Below, piece after piece: positions 24,388-32,000 of a stretch of DNA of 32,000 bases (position 1 is its first letter; every line of letters begins with the position of its first letter). The notes below the pieces were generated by a model that ran no database searches, had not been told where the DNA came from, and worked only from the letters and a program-made list of their open reading frames with translations. A program made the translations under genes and the position numbers. This DNA is from Nocardioidaceae bacterium (GTDB taxonomy: Bacteria; Actinomycetota; Actinomycetes; Propionibacteriales; Nocardioidaceae), in contig JBPCQA010000008.1 of NCBI GenBank assembly GCA_050998615.1, positions 71,699 through 103,698 on the forward strand, given 5' to 3'.

Positions 24388-25059
24388 TTAAAGGGTCCAG
24401 TCGATCGGGTCGGCGCCTTGCTCGACAAGTGCGGCGTTGGCCCGGCTGAACGGACGCGAGCCGAAAAATCCGCGCGCGGCCGACAGCGGGGACGGATGCG
24501 CGCTCGCGATCACAGGTACGCCGACGAGGGCGGGGCGCAGCGACTGCGCCTGGCTTCCCCACAACACGGCGACCAGCGGGCCACCGCGACGTACCAACCC
24601 CTCGATGGCCAGCTCGGTGACGGCCTCCCATCCTTTGCCGCGGTGAGACCCCGGCAGGCCGGGTTGCACAGTCAGCACCCGGTTGAGCAGCAGCACGCCT
24701 CGCTCGAACCAGGCCGAAAGGTCACCGTGCACAGGCGGCGTGACGCCGGTGTCATCGCGAAGCTCCCGGTAGATGTTGGCCAGGCTGGGCGGAAGCGGTC
24801 GCACCGATCGGTCGACCGAAAACGACAGCCCAACGGGATGGCCGGGGGTCGGGTACGGGTCTTGGCCGACGATCAACACCTTCACCTCGCCGAGGGGGCG
24901 CGTGAACGCACGCAAGATGACGTCACCGGCCGGCAAGAACCTGCGGCCCGCTGCGGACTCGGCCCGCAGGAAATCTCCCAACGCGGCAACCGCCGGGGCC
25001 GCGGGGGCGAGCACCGCTGACCAGTCGGGAGCGATCAGCTGATCAAGCGTCGCAGGCAC
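24388..25059 (-). CDS. ung: uracil-DNA glycosylase (family 1)
   Basis: [40 protein letters not shown] and [15 protein letters not shown] 25059 lies 1 nt after the otsA stop, and the N-terminus then aligns with mycobacterial Ung. The track start at 25212 lies inside otsA. Confidence 0.92.
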   Translation of the reverse strand: MPATLDQLIAPDWSAVLAPAAPAVAALGDFLRAESAAGRRFLPAGDVILRAFTRPLGEVKVLIVGQDPYPTPGHPVGLSFSVDRSVRPLPPSLANIYRELRDDTGVTPPVHGDLSAWFERGVLLLNRVLTVQPGLPGSHRGKGWEAVTELAIEGLVRRGGPLVAVLWGSQAQSLRPALVGVPVIASAHPSPLSAARGFFGSRPFSRANAALVEQGADPIDWTL

Positions 25060-25060
25060 G

Positions 25061-26557
25061 TCAAACGCCGGCGGACTGCCTAAGCCGGCCGGTTGACCTC
25101 TGTCCGTCCACGTCCGCCGGCTCACGAGTTGGCGTCCGCTCGCGTATTCCACCAGGGTCCCGTGACGACTGGAGATCACCGAGGAACGCACGCGCCCACG
25201 ACGCAATGTCATGCTCGCGAACCTGTTTGCGCATCGTACGCATGCGGCGTGACAGGTCCGCCGGCTGAGCGCGCATCGCGGCGAGAAGCCTGTTCTTCAT
25301 GCCATTGATGTCGTGGGGGTTGACGAGGAAGGCTTGTTTGAGCTCGTCGGCGGCACCGGCGAATTCCGAGAGCACCAAGGCGCCGGTGTTCTCGTAGCGG
25401 CAGGTGACGTACTCCTTCGCGACCAGATTCATCCCGTCGGCGAAGGGAGTCACCACCATGACATCCGCGGCGCGATACAGCGCGGCCATCTCCTCGCGAG
25501 GAAACGACGAGTGCAGGTAGTGGATCGGCGGGCGCCCGATCCTGCCAAGCTCACCATTGATCCGGCCTACCCAGCGTTCGATGTCGTCGCGTACGTCGAT
25601 GTACTGCTCCACCCGCTCGCGGCTCGGGGAAGCCACTTGCACAAACACCGCGTCTTCGACGCTGACGTGGCCGTCCACGATCAGCTCGCCGAATGCCCGT
25701 AGCCGCTGTCGGATGCCTTTGGTGTAATCGAGCCGGTCGACGCCGAGCAGCACGTGTTTGGGATCACCAAGCTCACTGCGGATCTCGTCGGCCCGGGCCT
25801 GGACGTCAGGTGAGCGGGCCAACTTGTCGAACGCCTCGAAGTCGATGGAGATGGGATAGGCGCGCGCGGCCACCCGCCGGCCGTCCCCCAGCACGATCTT
25901 GTTCCGGTGTGTCTTGTGACCTAGGCGGAGACGGACGAGACGGGCGAAGTTGCCGGCAGCGCCCGGACGTTGGAATCCCACCAGGTCGGCGCCCAGCAGC
26001 CCCTCCAGAATGCGGTCGCGCCAAGGCAGCTGCTTGAACAACTCCGTAGGGGGAAACGGGATGTGGAGAAAGAAGCCGATCCGCACGTCAGGGCGCATCT
26101 CCCGCAACATCGCGGGGACAAGCTGCAGTTGGTAGTCCTGCACGCACACGACCGCATCCCGGTCGGCAGTGGCGGCGGCGGCGTCGGCGAACCGGCGATT
26201 GACTGTCACATAGGCGTTCCACCACGCCCGGTGAAACGCCGGTTTGGCAACCAGATCGTGATACAGCGGCCAGATCGTCCCGTTGGACATGCCCTCGTAG
26301 TAGCGCTCGACCTCGTCGTCGGACAGCTTGATCGGAATCAACGAGAGCCCATCGGCCTCGAACGGCCGATATCGGTCCAGCCCGGAGCCCGGCCAGCCGA
26401 TCCACACGCCTTTATGTTCACGCAAAACCGGTTCCAACGCGGTAACCAGCCCACCCGGTGAGGTGCGCCATATCATCGACCCGTCGGGACCCTCCCCCCG
26501 GTCGACCGGCAAGCGGTTCGCTACGACGACGAATGTGCTCGTTGGGTTAGTAGGCAC
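25061..26557 (-). CDS. otsA: alpha,alpha-trehalose-phosphate synthase (GT20)
   Basis: [10 protein letters not shown]...[13 protein letters not shown]...WIGWPG...VQDYQL.LVP..LR...FFLHIPFP, full-length OtsA pattern. Confidence 0.95.
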   Translation of the reverse strand: MPTNPTSTFVVVANRLPVDRGEGPDGSMIWRTSPGGLVTALEPVLREHKGVWIGWPGSGLDRYRPFEADGLSLIPIKLSDDEVERYYEGMSNGTIWPLYHDLVAKPAFHRAWWNAYVTVNRRFADAAAATADRDAVVCVQDYQLQLVPAMLREMRPDVRIGFFLHIPFPPTELFKQLPWRDRILEGLLGADLVGFQRPGAAGNFARLVRLRLGHKTHRNKIVLGDGRRVAARAYPISIDFEAFDKLARSPDVQARADEIRSELGDPKHVLLGVDRLDYTKGIRQRLRAFGELIVDGHVSVEDAVFVQVASPSRERVEQYIDVRDDIERWVGRINGELGRIGRPPIHYLHSSFPREEMAALYRAADVMVVTPFADGMNLVAKEYVTCRYENTGALVLSEFAGAADELKQAFLVNPHDINGMKNRLLAAMRAQPADLSRRMRTMRKQVREHDIASWARAFLGDLQSSRDPGGIRERTPTREPADVDGQRSTGRLRQSAGV

Positions 26558-26692
26558 CCGGTCAGCCTAGCGTTCGTTGACGGTGTCTCTGCCAGATCGT
26601 TTGCCGGGTAAGGATATCTGAGCGTCAGCTCGGCGGCGGGATAGCCGTCCTACGGTCCGCTGTGCGCACGCCCAAAGCAACCGGCGAGCCGA

Positions 26693-26722
26693 ATGACATC
26701 GCTGTGGTTTGTCGCCTAGAAT
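26693..26722 (+). promoter_or_regulatory. candidate sigma70-type promoter for the DUF3263 gene
   Basis: ATGACA (26693-26698), an 18-nt spacer, then TAGAAT (26717-26722), about 60 nt upstream of the start. Confidence 0.35.
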
Positions 26723-26785
26723 GACGGCGTAGCGAGGTGGGACGAGCCGCGCAGCCCGCCGCACGAGTTGTCTGGAGTGGACGAG

Positions 26786-27085
26786 ATGGATGCCGCGAAC
26801 GTCGTGACGTCGGCTGGGTCAGCATGCGCTGTGGACGCATTGACCGTGCGTGACCAGGAGATCTTGGCCTTTGAGCGGCTTTGGTGGAAGTACGCCGGGG
26901 CCAAGGAGCAGGCGATTCGCGAGCAGTTCGCGATGTCGGCCACTCGTTATTACCAGGTGCTCAATGCGCTGATCGATCGCCCCGAAGCCATCGCGTTCGA
27001 TCCGCTGCTGGTCAAGCGGCTCCGTCGGCTCCGGTCCAGGCGCCAGCGGCAGCGCTCGGCCCGACGCCTGGGTATCGAGATCTGA
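26786..27085 (+). CDS. DUF3263 domain protein
   Basis: LTVRDQEILAFERLWWKYAGAKEQAIREQFAMSATRYYQVLNALIDRPEAIAFDPLLVKRLRRLR. ATG 26786 is preceded by GGAG (TTG 26768 from the track is an alternative). Confidence 0.75.
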   Translation: MDAANVVTSAGSACAVDALTVRDQEILAFERLWWKYAGAKEQAIREQFAMSATRYYQVLNALIDRPEAIAFDPLLVKRLRRLRSRRQRQRSARRLGIEI

Positions 27086-27088
27086 GCG

Positions 27089-27568
27089 ATGGCGCTGCCA
27101 TCGGCCGTCACACTCGGCAGTCTCACCCTCGTCGTGGCTGCGGGGGTAGGGCTTGTCGTGGTGTCCTCCAACGCCGACGAGAAGCCGCAGCACCATCAGG
27201 TTTCCCACTCGGCAGTGGCGCCGTCTCCGCGTGCTCCCTCGACGTCGACAAGGGCAGTCACCAAGACCGCTCAACATCCTCGGCCGCGAGCCAGCGACGC
27301 GGTGCCTACGGTGCTGGTGGAGGTCTTCAACAACTCCGGCGTCACCGGCCTGGCCGCCACGAAGGCCGCGGTGCTGCAAGGCGCAGGGTGGAACGTGGCC
27401 GCCACTGACAACTGGTACGGCAACATCCCCGCGAACACCGTCTATTACCCGGCGAAACTCCAGACCGCCGCGCGCCAGCTCGCCAAGACGTTGCACATCA
27501 CGAGGCTCCGACCCGCGGTCTCCCCGATGCAGTTCGACCGGCTCACGGTCATTTTCACGTCCCCCTGA
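27089..27568 (+). CDS. LytR_C (LytR cell-envelope-related C-terminal) domain membrane protein
   Basis: N-terminal TM, a Pro/Ser linker, then VLVEVFNNSGVTGLAATKAAVLQGAGWNV...YYPAKLQTAARQLAKTL. Starts 3 nt after the DUF3263 stop. Confidence 0.7.
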   Translation: MALPSAVTLGSLTLVVAAGVGLVVVSSNADEKPQHHQVSHSAVAPSPRAPSTSTRAVTKTAQHPRPRASDAVPTVLVEVFNNSGVTGLAATKAAVLQGAGWNVAATDNWYGNIPANTVYYPAKLQTAARQLAKTLHITRLRPAVSPMQFDRLTVIFTSP

Positions 27569-27618
27569 GGTCAAGATCCGCTGGAGAGCGGGCCCAGCCA
27601 GGCGACGCGGGATGCTGG

Positions 27619-28464
27619 TTGACTAGACCTGTGGCTATCGACCCGCAGACCCCCGCCGGACGAGCCGGGCTGGATGCGCTCTTGGCGGACCCTCTCCACG
27701 CCTTGGCGGCCTTCGATTACGACGGAACCTTGGCGCCCATCGTGGCCGACCCATCGCGCGCCGTACCGCATCCAGGCGTGCTCTCGGCGCTCGTCGGCCT
27801 TGCCGAGCATGTCGACCAAGTAGCTATCGTCACCGGCAGACCGGCTCGAGTGGCGGTCGAGTTGGCGGGGTTTTCGGTGGTGGACGGCCTCGACCGGTTG
27901 GTCGTCATCGGTCAATACGGCCTGGAGCGGTGGGACAAGGCCACCGGCGAGTTCGCCTCGACAAGGCCGCCGAGCGGGCTTGGCCGGGCGCGAGCCGAGC
28001 TGCCGGGTCTGCTGGACACACTGCGACTTGGTCAGGCTGTCATTGAGGACAAGGGCCTGTCGGTGGCCGTACACGTGCGGCGGATGCCGCGTCCGCAAAC
28101 GGCGTACGACGACATGGTCGGACCCCTGACGCAGCTTGCGACGCGAAACGGGCTGACCACCGAGCCCGGCCGGATGGTGGTGGAGCTGCGCCCCACCGGG
28201 ACCGACAAGGGCCGGGCGTTACGAGCCTTGGCCGACGAGCGCGGTGCGCGCACGGTCATGTTCACCGGAGACGATCTCGGCGACCTGGCCGCGTTCGCGG
28301 AGGTTGAGCGACTCCGCGAACAGGGCGGAGCGGGTCTGCTCGTCTGCTCCGGGTCAACCGAGGTGACCGCCCTCGCCGAGCGTGCTGACATCGTCGTCGA
28401 CGGGCCACCGGGAGTGGCAACCTTGCTGCGCGCGCTCGTCGACGCGTTCCGCGAACGGCAGTGA
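27619..28464 (+). CDS. otsB: trehalose-phosphatase (HAD superfamily)
   Basis: FDYDGTLAPIV (DxDxT), VAIVTGRP, ELRPTGTDKG and FTGDDLGD. TTG start (GTG 27631 is an alternative). Confidence 0.9.
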   Translation: MTRPVAIDPQTPAGRAGLDALLADPLHALAAFDYDGTLAPIVADPSRAVPHPGVLSALVGLAEHVDQVAIVTGRPARVAVELAGFSVVDGLDRLVVIGQYGLERWDKATGEFASTRPPSGLGRARAELPGLLDTLRLGQAVIEDKGLSVAVHVRRMPRPQTAYDDMVGPLTQLATRNGLTTEPGRMVVELRPTGTDKGRALRALADERGARTVMFTGDDLGDLAAFAEVERLREQGGAGLLVCSGSTEVTALAERADIVVDGPPGVATLLRALVDAFRERQ

Positions 28465-28522
28465 ACGCAAGTCACCGTGAACCGGCTCTCGGGACGGCCA
28501 CAGCACACGCCCGTCAAACCTC

Positions 28523-29833
28523 TTGGGCGACACGCCTAGGCTCGAACCCGTGAGCATTACCAAGCCGTCGCTTACAGCCAACCGCACCCTGGCCGCAACG
28601 GCTCGACCGTTCGGCAATGCCCGCGCACTCGTCTGTCGTGAGTGCGGCGCCGAGGAGCCGCTTGGGCCTTCCTATGCCTGTGCCGAATGCTTCGGGCCGC
28701 TCCAGGTGAGCTACGACTTCCCGCGCGTCACCCGCGACCAGATCGAGGCGGGTCCGAATAACATCTGGCGCTACGCCCCGCTGCTCCCGGTGCGGCCGGA
28801 CATCGCGGCGATCCCCAACACCGAACCCGGCTGCACGCGCTTGCTGCGGGCCGACAACCTTGCCCGCGTGCTCGGCATCAAGACGCTGTGGCTCAAGGAC
28901 GACTCGGGCAACCCCACGCACTCGTTCAAGGACCGCGTCGTCGCGGTGGCGCTGGCTGCCGCTCGGGAGCTCAAATTGAACGTGCTCGCTTGTCCCTCGA
29001 CTGGGAATCTCGCCAATGCCGTCGCGGCAGCGGCGGCCCGCGCGGGGATCCGCAGCGTCGTATTGATCCCCGCAAACCTCGAGACACCCAAGATCGTGGC
29101 GACCGCGGTGTACGGCGGGACGCTGGTGGCCGTCAACGGCAACTACGACGACGTCAACAAGCTCGCCTCGGAGATCGCCGGAGAGGAGTCCGGCTGGGCG
29201 TTCGTCAACGTCAACGTACGGCCCTTCTACTCAGAAGGCTCCAAGACGCTCGGCTTCGAGGTCGCGGAGCAACTCAGCTGGCGGCTGCCGGGTCAGATCG
29301 TTATCCCGGTGGCTTCCGGATCGCAGCTCACCAAGGTCGACAAGGGGCTCGGTGAACTCATCGGTCTCGGCCTGGTAGACGCCTCGCCGTACACAATCTT
29401 CGGCGCTCAAGCGGCTGGTTGTGCACCCGTGGCCAGCGCGTTTCGGGAGGGTCACGACGTGGTGCGGCCGGTGAAGCCGCACACCATCGCCAAGTCGCTC
29501 GCGATCGGCAACCCCGCCGACGGCCCCTACGTGCTCGACGTGTGCCGACGCACTGGTGGCGCTGTCGAGTCGGTGACCGACGAGGAGATCCGCGACGGCA
29601 TCTTGCTGCTCGCCCGAACCGAAGGAATCTTCGCCGAGACGGCAGGCGGGGTCACGGTGGCGACGCTGAAGAAGCTTGTCGACACGGGTCAGCTCGACCC
29701 GGACGTAGAAACCGTCGTCTTCAACACGGGCGACGGACTCAAGACGTTGGACGCCGTCGCCGATCGAGTGGCTCCGGCTGCGACAATCGAACCGACCTAT
29801 GACGCATTCCTTGCCAGCGGATGTTGTTCGTGA
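28523..29833 (+). CDS. threonine-synthase-fold PLP enzyme with N-terminal Cys4 zinc ribbon
   Basis: CRECGAEEPLGPSYACAEC, NPTHSFKDR (PLP lysine), CPSTGNLANAVAA, and FGAQAAGCAPV near the C-terminus. The start is uncertain (TTG 28523 or GTG 28550). Confidence 0.85.
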   Translation: MGDTPRLEPVSITKPSLTANRTLAATARPFGNARALVCRECGAEEPLGPSYACAECFGPLQVSYDFPRVTRDQIEAGPNNIWRYAPLLPVRPDIAAIPNTEPGCTRLLRADNLARVLGIKTLWLKDDSGNPTHSFKDRVVAVALAAARELKLNVLACPSTGNLANAVAAAAARAGIRSVVLIPANLETPKIVATAVYGGTLVAVNGNYDDVNKLASEIAGEESGWAFVNVNVRPFYSEGSKTLGFEVAEQLSWRLPGQIVIPVASGSQLTKVDKGLGELIGLGLVDASPYTIFGAQAAGCAPVASAFREGHDVVRPVKPHTIAKSLAIGNPADGPYVLDVCRRTGGAVESVTDEEIRDGILLLARTEGIFAETAGGVTVATLKKLVDTGQLDPDVETVVFNTGDGLKTLDAVADRVAPAATIEPTYDAFLASGCCS

Positions 29834-29886
29834 GTGCTGCCCACCAAATTTTGCCCTAACGAAGCTAGTGGATTGTGAGTACGCCG

Positions 29887-30162
29887 ATGAGTGTGAGTGT
29901 CCGAATCCCGACGATCTTGCGCAGCTACACCAGCGGCGCGTCCGAGGTTAGCGCCGACGGAGCAACGCTGGCCGACGTGTTGGACTCGCTCGATGGCGCC
30001 TACCCCGGCATCCGGGGCCGCATCGTCGATGAGCAAGGCTCCTTACGTCGCTTCGTCAACGTGTATGTCGGAAACGACGACGTCCGCTTCCTCGACGGGC
30101 TCACCACGCCGGTCGACGAGGGGACGCAGGTTTCGGTGATCCCGGCGGTGGCCGGCGGCTGA
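29887..30162 (+). CDS. MoaD/ThiS-family sulfur-carrier protein, CysO-like, C-terminal GG
   Basis: MSVSVRIPTILRSYTSG...RRFVNVYVGNDDVRFLDGL...VSVIPAVAGG*. Closely resembles my recollection of M. tuberculosis CysO (…VSIPTILR…HRFVNIYVNDEDVRF…ILPAVAGG). GTG 29875 is an alternative start. Confidence 0.85.
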   Translation: MSVSVRIPTILRSYTSGASEVSADGATLADVLDSLDGAYPGIRGRIVDEQGSLRRFVNVYVGNDDVRFLDGLTTPVDEGTQVSVIPAVAGG

Positions 30163-30273
30163 GGGCCACGGCCGGCTGACCAGGGTTGTCTGGCCGGTCT
30201 GGTGTCGGGCAGCCGCCCGGATGGACTGTCGGGTCAGTTTGGCTAGGCCGCCTCATCCGACGGTGGCCGACGT

Positions 30274-30299
30274 TTGCACTCGGCCCCGCAGAGTGCTAA
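30274..30299 (+). promoter_or_regulatory. CIRCE (HrcA operator) copy 1, overlapping a candidate groEL promoter
   Basis: TTGCACTC-N9-GAGTGCTAA versus the consensus TTAGCACTC-N9-GAGTGCTAA. TTGCAC (30274-79), 17 nt, then TAAAAA (30297-302) could be the -35/-10. Confidence 0.85.
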
Positions 30300-30306
30300 A
30301 AATGGG

Positions 30307-32000
<1,694 letters not shown>

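Noticed and set aside
28539-28549. GGCTCGAACCC, the reverse complement of a tRNA T-loop-like GGGTTCGAGCC, considered as a tRNA or att-site fragment
   Set aside because: The flanking bases do not form T-stem, acceptor or anticodon arms on either strand. It sits at the 5' end of the ThrC-like ORF and is most likely coincidental.
28465-28549. Possible SAM/methionine riboswitch in the leader of the ThrC-like gene
   Set aside because: The spacer after otsB is only about 58-85 nt, and I could not see the conserved helices of any SAM riboswitch class. It is too short to support the call.

Overview
High-GC actinobacterial chromosomal window, densely coding. I found no rRNA, tRNA or CRISPR array. Blocks in order:
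(i) 0-2.7 kb: a DMT-type membrane protein, an SDR oxidoreductase, a frameshifted VOC/glyoxalase gene, and two unusual intergenic tandem-repeat arrays.
(ii) 2.7-5.6 kb, an accessory patch: a perfect 33-nt hairpin, a RelE/ParE-type toxin-antitoxin pair, an internally deleted Tn3-family transposase remnant, and a low-GC (about 41% by hand count) two-gene cassette. The cassette encodes a signal-peptide protein and a lipoprotein joined by an ATGA overlap, both of unknown function.
(iii) 5.6-16.6 kb, minus strand: a translationally coupled hopanoid operon, dxs-hpnC-hpnD-hpnE-polyprenyl synthase-shc-[HpnG-like nucleosidase::IspH fusion]-hpnH, preceded by a MarR gene.
(iv) 16.7-19.4 kb: a divergent three-gene ABC-2 transporter.
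(v) 19.5-25 kb: a Tat-signal alkaline-phosphatase-superfamily protein, a membrane-anchored protein with a Gly/Asp-rich tail, an acidic DUF5709-like protein overlapping a CDF transporter gene, and ung.
(vi) 25-32 kb, core block: otsA, DUF3263, LytR_C, otsB, a ThrC-like enzyme with a CysO-like sulfur carrier, and groEL behind two CIRCE operators (3' partial).
Many ORF-track starts are over-extended. I re-set them using 4-nt start/stop overlaps (ATGA/GTGA) and family N-termini.
Best candidates for something not yet described: the low-GC secreted/lipoprotein cassette, the HpnG::IspH fusion, the 22-bp repeat array, and the ThrC-like/CysO-like pair (this last may already be known as a methionine route).
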